Origin: Rhodospirillaceae bacterium
GTDB lineage: Bacteria; Pseudomonadota; Alphaproteobacteria; TMED109
NCBI GenBank assembly: GCA_038143555.1
Contig: JAYQLZ010000003.1
Coordinates: 40,219-104,218, forward strand
Reading direction: 5' to 3'
DNA: 64,000 nucleotides
Made by a program: the position numbers and the translations under genes. The notes under the pieces are model-generated. The model did not search any database, was not told the origin of the DNA, and saw only the letters and a list, made by a program, of their open reading frames with translations. Numbering within the stretch: position 1 is the stretch's first letter; every line of letters starts with the position of its first letter. Positions 28,172 through 38,130 of this stretch are shown here, piece by piece.

Positions 28172-28187
28172 TGCTAAATATATGCCA
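28172..28187 (-). promoter_or_regulatory. Putative sigma54 -24/-12 promoter
   Basis: Minus strand TGGCATATATTTAGCA, GG-N10-GC spacing, about 20 nt upstream of ATG 28152. Confidence 0.55.
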
Positions 28188-28197
28188 AATAATAAAA

Positions 28198-29361
28198 TTA
28201 TTTAACATTATTAAATTTTTCTATTTTTGATCTTCTATTTACCCCCCATCTATATTGCTCAGGCCATAAATTAAAATCAGGATCTACTCCTAACACTTGA
28301 GCAGCATGCAACAACCAAAATGGGTTATACATTAACTCTCTACCCATAGCTATTAGGTCTGCTTTTTCTTCGGTTAAAATGTTTTCTGCTTGTTTAGGAT
28401 CTACAATAACTCCAACAGCCATTGTCTTAATTTCACTATTTTTTTTAATTTCATAAGCGTAAGGAACTTGAAATCCAAGTCCCCTATCAAGGTTACTTTT
28501 AAGTGCACTTCCATCATCATTTGCTGCAAACCTGGGTCTACCAGCTATTCCACCTGAAGAACAATCAATTACATCAATGCCAACTTCAGCAAGAATTTTA
28601 GATAAAGAAATAGAATCATTTAATTCCCATCCATTTTTCTGTCCATCTACAGCTGATATTCTACAAAATAATGGAACTGTATCAGGAATATTATTTCTTA
28701 TGGAAATAGCAATCTCTTTCAATATTTTAGCTCTACCCTCTAAAGTGCCCCCGTATTCATCATTTCTTTTATTTGAAATGGGAGAAAGAAAACTATGTAG
28801 CAAATAACCGTGAGCTGCATGAATTTCTAATACTTGAAACCCTGCTTCTAAGGCTAGCTTTGCACTTTTGATATATGATAAAACTAAATCATCTATATCT
28901 TTCTTTTCAAGAGCTTTAGGAACTTGCCATCCTTCAGCTAAGGCAATAGATGAAGGTGCTACTGTTTTCCATGCGTAAATCCCTTGTTTTTCATCTTCTT
29001 TATCTAAGGGCAAACCGCCTTTCCATGGCTCTTTTGCTGATGCCTTTCTACCTGCATGAGCTAATTGAAATGCAGGAACAGATCCCATTTTTTTTATGAA
29101 GTTTACTATCGGTTTAAAAGCATTTTTTTGATTTTCATTCCACAAGCCCAAGCAATAAGGTGTAATTTTTCCTTCTTCTCTAACAGCTGTTGCCTCTGCA
29201 AAAATACAGCCTACTCTAGCTCTAGCAAAAGTACTTAAGTGAGAAAAATGCCAGTCATTAGCAATACCATCTTTTGCAGAGTACATACATAATGGCGATA
29301 AAACTAATCTATTTGGAAACTCAATTCCTCTAATTTTTAATTTAGAAAATAATTTAGACAC
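28198..29361 (-). CDS. NADH:flavin oxidoreductase (Old Yellow Enzyme, YqjM/NamA-like)
   Basis: SPLCMYS, QLAHAGRKAS, EIHAAHGYLLHSFLSP. Confidence 0.92.
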   Translation of the reverse strand: MSKLFSKLKIRGIEFPNRLVLSPLCMYSAKDGIANDWHFSHLSTFARARVGCIFAEATAVREEGKITPYCLGLWNENQKNAFKPIVNFIKKMGSVPAFQLAHAGRKASAKEPWKGGLPLDKEDEKQGIYAWKTVAPSSIALAEGWQVPKALEKKDIDDLVLSYIKSAKLALEAGFQVLEIHAAHGYLLHSFLSPISNKRNDEYGGTLEGRAKILKEIAISIRNNIPDTVPLFCRISAVDGQKNGWELNDSISLSKILAEVGIDVIDCSSGGIAGRPRFAANDDGSALKSNLDRGLGFQVPYAYEIKKNSEIKTMAVGVIVDPKQAENILTEEKADLIAMGRELMYNPFWLLHAAQVLGVDPDFNLWPEQYRWGVNRRSKIEKFNNVK

Positions 29362-29475
29362 AATTACTTATAACATAATTAAAAAAATAATCCTTTTTTT
29401 TTAAAGATTATGTTTATTCTATTATATAGATTAACATTGAAACTGTAATTTTATAATGGTAACTTATTTCATTAC

Positions 29476-29549
29476 GGCTCGGTGGCAGAGTGGTTATGCA
29501 GCGGATTGCAAATCCGTCTACGGCGGTTCGATTCCGTTCCGAGCCTCCA
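29476..29549 (+). tRNA. tRNA-Cys(GCA)
   Basis: GGCTCGG/CCGAGCC acceptor stem, anticodon arm GCGGA-TTGCAAA-TCCGT, GGTTCGATTCC T-arm, encoded CCA. Confidence 0.97.
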
Positions 29550-29564
29550 TAATTGAGAGGTTTT

Positions 29565-30743
29565 ATGAGACAACCATGTATAATAGGTGTTTCTGATGCT
29601 AAAATTAATGAAAAAGGTTGTACTTCACAAGATTCTTCTGTGCTAAGCATTCAAAAAGATTGTGCAATAGAAGCACTTGATAAAGCTGGACTAAATTTCA
29701 AAGATATTGATGGTTTAGCAGTGGCTGGACTTTGGGGAATGCCTGGGCCTGGAGTGATGCAACCCAACGTTCTTACCGAATACTTAGGAATTTCCTATCC
29801 TAAATGGCTAGATGGCACAAATACAGGAGGTTCTGCTTTTATTTTTCATTTACAACATGCCTTCCAAGCTATAAAAAATAATGTATGCAATAATGTTTTA
29901 ATTTTATATGGAAGCACACAAAAATCTAATAAGGAAAGAAACTTTTTAGACAGACCTGCAATTTTTAGTAGTCAGTTTGATATGATAGCAGGACTTCCCT
30001 CTCCAGTTGGAGCATATGCTCTAGCAGCTCAAAGACACATGCATAAATTTGGCAGCAATAAAGAGACTTTAGCTGAAATAGCTGTTGCTGCAAGAAATTG
30101 GGCTAAATTAAACCCTAATGCTTATAAAAAAGATAATCTTACAATAGATGATGTAATAAACTCTCAACCTATTTGTTCACCTTTAAATAAATTAGATTGC
30201 TGTCTTGTAACTGATGGAGGCGGAGCAATTGTACTATCTCATACTGACAGAAAAAGCGATTTTAAAAATGACCCTATTTTCATTAAAGGTTTTGGTGAGA
30301 CCTCTTCGCATTCTAGTATTAATTATATGGAAGATATGTCTAGATTAGATGTCGCCATCAAAAGCAGTGAAGATGCTTATAATATGTCCAAGATGTCTCC
30401 TAAAGATATAGACTTTGCAATGATTTATGATTCTTTTACTATTACAGTTCTTATGTCTCTTGAAGCTTTGGGTTTTTGTGAAATTGGAGAAGGAAAAGAC
30501 TTTGTTAAAAATGGAAATTTAGGACCTAATGGATCCTTTCCCATTAATACAAATGGTGGTGGTTTAAGTTATTGTCACCCAGGTATGTATAGCATTTTTA
30601 CATTGATAGAAGCTTGTAGGCAATTGTGGGGGCAATGTGGTGATAGGCAATTAAAAAAAAACCTTACCAATGTTCTTTGTCATGGTACTGGAGGAGTTTT
30701 ATCAAGCGCAGCTACTACTATTCTTTCAAAGGAGAGTTCGTAA
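29565..30743 (+). CDS. Thiolase-fold (SCP2/Ltp2-like) protein
   Basis: LDCCLVTDGGGA, IYDSFT, LEALGFC, NTNGGGLSYCHPG; ATG 29565 after GAGAGG. Confidence 0.88.
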   Translation: MRQPCIIGVSDAKINEKGCTSQDSSVLSIQKDCAIEALDKAGLNFKDIDGLAVAGLWGMPGPGVMQPNVLTEYLGISYPKWLDGTNTGGSAFIFHLQHAFQAIKNNVCNNVLILYGSTQKSNKERNFLDRPAIFSSQFDMIAGLPSPVGAYALAAQRHMHKFGSNKETLAEIAVAARNWAKLNPNAYKKDNLTIDDVINSQPICSPLNKLDCCLVTDGGGAIVLSHTDRKSDFKNDPIFIKGFGETSSHSSINYMEDMSRLDVAIKSSEDAYNMSKMSPKDIDFAMIYDSFTITVLMSLEALGFCEIGEGKDFVKNGNLGPNGSFPINTNGGGLSYCHPGMYSIFTLIEACRQLWGQCGDRQLKKNLTNVLCHGTGGVLSSAATTILSKESS

Positions 30744-31138
30744 TGTTTAATTTATTTATAGATAAAGATTCTAGAGCTTTTTGGGAAGGTGCTAAAAAAA
30801 ATAGGTTAATGCTTCAAAAATCAAAAAATAATGGTAATTTTTTTCTTTATTCCGTAGGCCACTCTAATGTTGAAGCCGATCATGAGTTTGAATGGGTTGA
30901 AGCATCTGGAAATGGTAAAATTTATTCTTATACAGTTTCTTATATTCCTGGTGGTTCTAAATATTATTTGGATAAAACCCCTTATATTATTGGAAGTATA
31001 TTATTAGAAGAAAACGTTAGAATTATGAGCAATATCATAACTGATGATATAAAAAGTGTTGAAATTGGAAAAAAGGTAAAAGTATATTTTAGAAAATTAA
31101 GTGATGAAATAGTTTTTCCTTGTTTCAAACTAGTCTAA
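30743..31138 (+). CDS. DUF35/ChsH2-like OB-fold protein
   Basis: SRAFWEG, WVEASGNGKIYSYT, PY..LEENVRIMSNI; TAATG overlap with the thiolase-like gene. Confidence 0.85.
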   Translation: MFNLFIDKDSRAFWEGAKKNRLMLQKSKNNGNFFLYSVGHSNVEADHEFEWVEASGNGKIYSYTVSYIPGGSKYYLDKTPYIIGSILLEENVRIMSNIITDDIKSVEIGKKVKVYFRKLSDEIVFPCFKLV

Positions 31139-31139
31139 C

Positions 31140-31893
31140 TTATTTAAAATTCCTTGTAATTTATTTAATTCCTTAATTGCAGTTCTTCTGTACTTTTTTT
31201 CAAAAATAGCTAAATTATTTTCTAATTTATTGAGTTTTAATTTATTTTTTTTAATACCTCTTTTTTCAAATTTTCTATTTCTGCTTCCGATAAGTTACTA
31301 ATATCAATAATCTCTTTGAATACTCTTTTACCTTTTTCATATTCTTTTTCATTTAAATAATAATTTTCTTTATCTATATTATACTTTTTATAAAGATCTA
31401 ATTTTTTGAATAATAAGAATTCCTAAAATAATTTTATTCCTATCAAAGGCAATTTTATCTTTTTTTATAACCTTAATTTGTGAACCATTTCTTTTTAAAT
31501 TATTATATAGCTTAAAATATTCAGCACTTTTTTTAAGATCTTGCAATTCAAACTTATCATTACTGTATATCCAACCTAGGTTTATATATGCATCTATATA
31601 CCCTCTTTCTGCTGCTTCATTCAAATAATAAATAGATTGATTTTTTATATATTTTAAACTTTCTTTAGAAATTTCTAAATTATCTGAATTGTTTAATAAG
31701 ATTTTTATGCCTAAAAAATTTAAACATTGAGGTGTAACTATAATATTTTCTTTTTCAAGACAATTTTCTACAAAAACTTTTTATCATTAAAACTTAAAAA
31801 TTTTAAATCCTCTTTAGTAATGGTTTCTGAAAACAAGTAATTAGGGTAAATAATAAAAAATATTGTTCTAAGTAAATTTTTAAAAATTTTCAT
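31140..31893 (-). CDS. Hypothetical exported protein with a Sel1-like repeat (frameshifted)
   Basis: AAERGYIDAYINLGWIY..DLKKSAEYF; hydrophobic N-terminus. Confidence 0.55.
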
Positions 31894-31972
31894 TTTATAA
31901 TACTAAATTATTTAAAAGCATTTATTTTTATTTATAGATATATTTGCTGAGAGAATAAATAAAAAATATCTA

Positions 31973-32835
31973 TTATATTAATATCAATTTAACCAATTTT
32001 TCTATAGCTAGTGATATCTCATCTGGAGAGTCTTCTTGAATAAAATGTATACCTTTTACAGTAATTTCTTCTTGATTTTTCCAACTTCTACAGAATTCTC
32101 TTTGAGGACCTATTAAAATAGACCCTGGCTCCGCATTAATGAATAATTTTTTTATATTAGTTTTTTTCATAAACTCAGCATAGTCATTTACAATATCAAC
32201 TACTTCAATAGGCTCACCTTCTAATGGTATTTGTCTTGGCCAACTTAAGGTGGGTTGTCTATCTGTTCCAGCTTTAAGAAAAGGTTTTCTATATTGACTC
32301 ATTTCTTCGTCACTCAACTTTCTAATGATTGAAGAAGGCAAAATTCTTTCAACAAATATATTTTTTTCTAAAATTAACTCTTCGCCTACTTCACTTCTCA
32401 TTAATTTAAAAATCTTGGTTGCATCTTCTGGCCAACTACTCCACTTCATTGGACAAACTATTGCTTCCATATAAACAATACCAGCTATTCTATCAGGATA
32501 TTTTTTTGCAAAATCAAAACCTATTGCTGAACCCCAATCATGAATCACAAGTATAATTTTTTTATCTATGTTTACATTATTGATAAAGCCATCAAACCAT
32601 TTTATATGTTCTTTAAGACTATAATTTTCTTGAGATGGGTTATCTAATTTGTCTGAGTCTCCCATACCTATTAGGTCAGGCGCTATACATCTATATTTAT
32701 TTTTTAAACCTTTAATGATATTTCTCCATAAAAAAGAAGAGGTTGGGTTTCCATGAATAAGAGTAGAGGTTGCCCTTCGCCTTCATCTAAGTAAGCGATA
32801 TTTTTTGATTGAAAAGTAATAAATTTTTTATTCAT
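31973..32835 (-). CDS. Haloalkane dehalogenase (LinB/DhaA type; frameshift near 5' end)
   Basis: HGNPTSSFLWRN, APDLIGMGDSDK, VIHDWGSA, YMEA, GIHFIQEDSP. Confidence 0.92.
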
Positions 32836-33616
32836 TGAAGTTTGGTTTTCTTTTTTCACTAAAAGCTTTTAAACCCTCAACACCATCTAAACTCTCAGCA
32901 TTTTCAGAAATTTTTATACCTTCTATATCCATTTGTGTTTCAAGTCCATTATCAAAGCTAATATTTAATAATTTTTTTACTCCAGCATAAGCTTTCTTTG
33001 GGCCTTTCATAAATATTTCTGCTTGCTTCTCAATAGCTTGATCAAGCTGTTCTTGATCATCTAAAACTTGATCTATTAAATTCATTTCTAATGCTTCCTC
33101 AGCAGAAAATATTCTATTTGTTAACATAAGTTCCTTTGCTCTTTTCATTCCAACAATTCTAGGAAGGAAATAAGTTGAACTACCATCAGGTGATAATCCA
33201 GCATTTGTATATGCTACTGTAAACTTAGCACTTTTCACTGAATAAATAATATCTCCAGTAATTGCTAAACTAAAACCTCCTCCTCCGGCTGTTCCATTTA
33301 TACCTATTATTACAGGAGCTTCCATTCTAGTCATCCTAGCAATTGCTCCATGAAAATGATGTGTCATTTCGAGAAGTGTTTCCTTTATTTTATATTCATT
33401 AGATAAAAGAAATTTTAAATCACCACCTCCACAAAATAGCTTTCCCTTACCTGTTAAAATTAAGACTTTAATATTATTATTTGTGGCAACTATATTTGTC
33501 GCTTTATATAATTCTTTTGCTAATTCAATGTTTAAGGTGTTACCTGCGTCAGGTCTATTTAAGGTTATCCTGGCTATATTATTTGATATTGAAAAATCTA
33601 TATTGTTAAAATTCAT
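32828..33616 (-). CDS. Enoyl-CoA hydratase/isomerase family protein (PaaG-like)
   Basis: ITLNRP, FCGGGDL, GTAGGGG, GLSPDGSSTYFLPR. Confidence 0.9.
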   Translation of the reverse strand: MNFNNIDFSISNNIARITLNRPDAGNTLNIELAKELYKATNIVATNNNIKVLILTGKGKLFCGGGDLKFLLSNEYKIKETLLEMTHHFHGAIARMTRMEAPVIIGINGTAGGGGFSLAITGDIIYSVKSAKFTVAYTNAGLSPDGSSTYFLPRIVGMKRAKELMLTNRIFSAEEALEMNLIDQVLDDQEQLDQAIEKQAEIFMKGPKKAYAGVKKLLNISFDNGLETQMDIEGIKISENAESLDGVEGLKAFSEKRKPNFNE

Positions 33617-33651
33617 TTTATAAAAATAACACAATTAAATGCTAGTGTAAA

Positions 33652-34192
33652 TTAGGGAACTATGTAGTATTTTTTATTAGAACTTTCGGTGTAAACAAAC
33701 TCTACCCTAATATTTTTAATATCTGACAGTTGCAAACATTCTAATTTAGTGACTTTAAAATATATCAATGAGAAATTAGAATATGCTTCTTCATTATCTG
33801 TATTATACTTAAGATTGTCTAAACTATCTATTTTTTCTCCTGGAGAAAGTGCTGATAAATAATTTTTTTTTTGAGAAACTGTTTAAACTGCTCCAAATAT
33901 TTTTAGTTTTCTCTGAGTTATTTTCAATCTTAGCATGTCCATATAGTTGTACTTGCAACTTAAACCTGGGTTCATATAAATGCACAGTAACGTTATTATT
34001 TTGAATAATGTTTAAAACTTTTCTACTTCTAGAATCTGAATAAAAAAACAACATTTTTGTTTTATTATCAACTTTCCTTAAAATAATAGTTCTTGAGTTT
34101 ATCATATTGCCATTAACTGTACTTAAAGTTGGTGTATGAAATTTTGATTTTTTATTAACTACGCCTTGCGCTAATAAATCCCAAATTTTCAA
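33652..34192 (-). CDS. Pyridoxamine 5'-phosphate oxidase-like FMN-binding protein (frameshifted)
   Basis: FHTPTLST..SRTIILR..YSDSRSRKV..LQVQL.G; frame continues past 33824. Confidence 0.75.
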
Positions 34193-34812
34193 TTCCCTTT
34201 ATCTAAATCACTAAAAAAATTTGTAAAGTTATTCAATTTATTTTTTTCTAATATTTCTAATTCAATTAAAATACATAATAAATGTATAATAGTAATATGT
34301 AATTCTTGTATATGAGAAGTAATTTCACTAGGCGCCTTTATGCATATATCACTACATTTTTCTAATTTTGAATTTTTTGCACCAGTTAAACCTATTACTT
34401 TTATTTGTTTACTTCTAGCAGTCAAAGCAGCTTCTATAATATTTCTACTTTTACCACTTGTTGATATTGCAAAAAGTAAATCTCCTTTATTTCCAATACC
34501 TTCTATTTGCCTTGAAAAAACTTTACTATAATCATAGTCATTAGCAATTGCGGTAATTGCAGATGTATCAGTGTTTAGAGAAATTGCTGGGAATGCTCTT
34601 CTGTCTAGTTTAAATCTTCCTATTAATTCTGCAGCAAAGTGTTGTGCATCAGAGGCTGAACCTCCATTACCACATATAAGAATTTTTTTACCTTGTTTTA
34701 TTGCTTTAACTAGTACTTTTGCAGATGAAATAATTTCTTTATTTTCAATATTTAATAAATTATCAATATTACGTTTGCTTTTTTTAAGATAACTTTCTAT
34801 TACATTTTTCAA
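34189..34812 (-). CDS. gmhA: Phosphoheptose isomerase (SIS domain)
   Basis: CGNGGSASDAQHFAAEL, ANDY, ISTSG, IQELH. Confidence 0.92.
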   Translation of the reverse strand: MKNVIESYLKKSKRNIDNLLNIENKEIISSAKVLVKAIKQGKKILICGNGGSASDAQHFAAELIGRFKLDRRAFPAISLNTDTSAITAIANDYDYSKVFSRQIEGIGNKGDLLFAISTSGKSRNIIEAALTARSKQIKVIGLTGAKNSKLEKCSDICIKAPSEITSHIQELHITIIHLLCILIELEILEKNKLNNFTNFFSDLDKGN

Positions 34813-34823
34813 AATTATATTCC

Positions 34824-35274
34824 TTATCTATTTATTCTTAATGAACTAAAGTCAATCTCTGGTAAATATATATTGTTAGGTTGTTTAGACGATTGCCAAA
34901 AAACATCAATAGGTATTCCACCTCTTGGAGCAAAAAAACCCTGAACTCTTATCCATTTAGGCTTTAAACTGTTAAATAATTGTTTACCTATAAACAAAGT
35001 TACATCTTCATGAAAAATTCCATAATTCCTAAAAGATTGTATGAATAATTTAAAGGACTTAGACTCAACTATTGACTGTTTAGGAACATAGTCAACTATT
35101 ATAGTAGCAAAATCAGGCTGTCCTGTTACTGGGCAAATCGAAGTAAATTCTGGAACAGTAATTCTTATATTATATAAAGAGTTTTTGTTTTTATTATTTA
35201 TCTTATCAAATTTATAACTTATAGGACTATCAACTGCTTTTACTTTTTGACCTAGAACATTTTTTTTTTTTCAT
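34824..35274 (-). CDS. queF: NADPH-dependent 7-cyano-7-deazaguanine reductase (not in ORF track; indel in poly-A after ATG)
   Basis: Hand translation: PEFTSICPVTGQPDFA, VESKSFKLF, FHEDVT, PRGGIPIDVFWQ. Confidence 0.93.
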
Positions 35275-35344
35275 TTTTGTCTTTACTTAGCAAATTATTT
35301 AATTAACTCTATTACCATGATTAGTAATTAGCAATAATTTATTT

Positions 35345-35803
35345 ATGATTAATATGCAAAAATTAAAGAAAAATAGATATATTTTAATAAAAGGTTTTTT
35401 TTTATTAATTTTACTTAAATATTTATTTTTTAATTCTTTATATGCAGAAGAAGATACAAATTATATACTAAATGGTCCACTTGCTGGAAGTTTTTATTTC
35501 ACAAAGACTAAGCCTGGCAATAAGGAAAGTGTGGTACAATCTCACTCTCCTTTATTAGAAATTAATGAAAATACATTAAGCGTATTTACGCCACATGAAA
35601 TGAAAGGTTATGATCACTACATAATTAAACATATAGTTTTAGATAACAGGTTTAATATAATTTCAGAGAAGGTATTTGATCCTTCTAAAGAAACACCTAT
35701 ATCAAAACATAATATAATAGGCTATGAAGATAAACTTTATGTTTTAAGCATTTGTAATAATCATGATACTTGGGTTGACATTATTAAAATTAAAAAACCT
35801 TAA
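35345..35803 (+). CDS. Exported desulfoferrodoxin/superoxide-reductase-like protein
   Basis: Signal peptide ending LYA; SHSP, PHEM, HYI and CNNHDTW supply the 4His-1Cys spacing of the SOR iron site. Confidence 0.72.
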   Translation: MINMQKLKKNRYILIKGFFLLILLKYLFFNSLYAEEDTNYILNGPLAGSFYFTKTKPGNKESVVQSHSPLLEINENTLSVFTPHEMKGYDHYIIKHIVLDNRFNIISEKVFDPSKETPISKHNIIGYEDKLYVLSICNNHDTWVDIIKIKKP

Positions 35804-36594
35804 TGAATAGAAAATCATTTCTTAAAATAAGTTTTACTTTTATTATTTTCTTTATTAATAAAATGTTATTTGCGACAACAATAGAAAAAGAAATATTTTT
35901 TTCAGCTTATTTAAAAGGCATTAACCTCGCTAAAGCTGAAGGACAAATTAAAATAAAACCTAATATATTAGAGTTATATTTTACTGCACAAACAGTAGGA
36001 GTCTTTTCTTTAATCTCTGAATGGCAACAAACTCTGAGCATAAATGCACTATTAATAAATAATAAATTAAAAAGTCAGCAATATAGGTCTGATGATTCAA
36101 GAGGTAAAAAAAGGACACATATGTACTTAAGCTTTGAAAATGAAATACCTAAAATAGTATCTGCTCAACCAGATCCCAGAGAAGATGATAGAAGAGAAAA
36201 AATTAATACAAATCTTCTTAAAAATACCATTGATCCTATTAGTGGTGTCTTAAATTTAGGTTTAGACGGAAACTGCAATCATAAAGAAATTATTTTTGAT
36301 GGGAAAAGAAGGTACATGATAAATGCTAGCTTTATAGGAGAAGAAATAATTAAACAAAATGAATTCTTCTCAGAAGACTTAAATAGCATAAAATGCGTTT
36401 TTAGTATAAAAAAAATTAGAAGGGTATACAGAGAAAGAAAAAAAAAAAGATATCCAGGGAACGGTTACATCTGGTATAAAAAAGTAGGTAAAGATTTTTT
36501 TTTCCTACTAAAATTGCTATTGATACTCGTTGGGGAGAGTTTTTTATGTTTAATAAAAGAAAAGGAATTAAAAAATGAAAGCGATAGTTTGTAA
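35803..36594 (+). CDS. DUF3108-like exported protein
   Basis: Tat-like MNRKSFLK N-terminus, TIDPIS, IFDGKRRY motif. Confidence 0.6.
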   Translation: MNRKSFLKISFTFIIFFINKMLFATTIEKEIFFSAYLKGINLAKAEGQIKIKPNILELYFTAQTVGVFSLISEWQQTLSINALLINNKLKSQQYRSDDSRGKKRTHMYLSFENEIPKIVSAQPDPREDDRREKINTNLLKNTIDPISGVLNLGLDGNCNHKEIIFDGKRRYMINASFIGEEIIKQNEFFSEDLNSIKCVFSIKKIRRVYRERKKKRYPGNGYIWYKKVGKDFFFLLKLLLILVGESFLCLIKEKELKNESDSL

Positions 36595-37554
36595 TGAATG
36601 GTGTAAACCAGAAGATTTAAAAGTTTCCGAAATAAAAAATCCAACTTTAGATGATAATTCAGTAAGAGTTGAAATTTATGCATCTGGTGTTAACTTTCCA
36701 GATGTATTAATTGTGCAAGGGAAATATCAATACAAACCTCCTTTTCCATTTTCTCCTGGATCTGAAGTAGCAGGAATAATATCAGAAATTGGAAAAAATG
36801 TTAAAAGCCTAAAAAGTAGGTGATAGGATTATGGCTGTTACTGGACATGGAGCTTTTGCAGAAGAAATTTGTGTTCCAGAAGATAAAATAACACTGGTAC
36901 CTGAAAGTATGGATTTTATAACTGCAGCTAGTATGAGTTTAACTTATGGAACATCATCATATGCTTTATTTCAAAGAGCTAATATAAAAAAAAAATGATG
37001 TAGTATTAATACATGGTGCTACTGGAGGAGTAGGAATAACTGCTATTGAAATTTCTAAAGCAGTAGGAGCTAAAGTGATAGCTACAGCCAGTACAGATGA
37101 AAAACTTAAAATAGCTAAAGAGTATGGTGCTGATTATTGTATTAATTACAGTCAAAATGAATTTAAAGATAAAGTAAAAGAATATACTGATGGAAAAGGT
37201 GCAAATATTATTTATGATCCTGTTGGAGGTGATGTATTTAATCAATCTCTAAGATGTATAGCATGGAATGGTATAATTTTAGTCATAGGTTTTGCCTCAG
37301 GTACAATTGCATCTGCACCTACAAATTTACCTTTATTAAAAAACTGTTCAATAGTAGGTGTTTTTTGGGGAGCCTGGAGAGAAAGAGAACCAAATGGACA
37401 TAATGTTAATATGGAAAAAATATTGAAATGGTGGAAAGAAAATAAGGTTAAACCTAAAGTATCTAAAGTCTTCAATTTAGAAGATACAAAGTATGCATTA
37501 CAAGCATTAATTAACAGAGAGGTTATAGGTAAAGCAGTTATAAAAGTAAGATAG
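36575..37554 (+). CDS. NADPH:quinone oxidoreductase, MDR family (frameshifted)
   Basis: GVNFPD..QGKYQYKP..PGSE, HGATGGVG, YDPVGG, IGFASG. Confidence 0.9.
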
Positions 37555-38085
37555 TTAAAATTTAAATTTTTTAAAACTAATGAATCATAGTCAATTGATA
37601 AATTATTTTTTCTTAACAAATTTAACTATATTATGATTATTTCTAGAAGCTTCATCTAAAGATTCTATAATTTGTTCCATATAGTCTTTTGGAAAATCAT
37701 GATTAACAATTAAAACCATATTTTCAAAAGTATAAGAGTTTTTGAATGTTCCAAAAGATTTTTATAATCTTAGAATTTTCATTTGTTAATTGTATTAAGT
37801 AAATTATTAGATATAATAGCTAAAGGAATTTGGTTAGTTATTAATAAATTAACTAATCTTTCTGCATCTCTAGTTCTTGCAACTCTTGCTTTAGCTTTTG
37901 GCAAATACTCGTCAAAAATTACCTTTAAGTTTTTGGTAAAGTCGAAAGCACCATCATCCTTTTTAGAACACATTACCAACATATGCATTTGTCTATAAAC
38001 CTCGTGCTGACCCCAAGGTGCATGTCCGATAACGAAAAATATAAATAACTATTAAGAATAATTTTAATTTAAAAGAAATATTCAT
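37555..38085 (-). CDS. Hypothetical exported protein, possibly a short TAXI-like solute receptor (frameshifted; end approximate)
   Basis: Hand translation: signal-like N-terminus then GHAPWGQHEVYRQMHMLV..LPKAKARVAR..RLVNLLITNQ. Confidence 0.5.
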
Positions 38086-38093
38086 TTTTTGAC

Positions 38094-38115
38094 GGAGATG
38101 CATTTCTGCATCTCC
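38094..38115. other. Intergenic 9-bp perfect hairpin
   Basis: GGAGATGCA-TTTC-TGCATCTCC between the amidase stop and the next ATG; no U-tract on the coding (minus) strand. Confidence 0.6.
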
Positions 38116-38130
38116 TTGTTTAATTATTAC

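Noticed and set aside
29414-29650. 78-aa minus-strand ORF
   Set aside because: Antisense to tRNA-Cys and the thiolase-like start.
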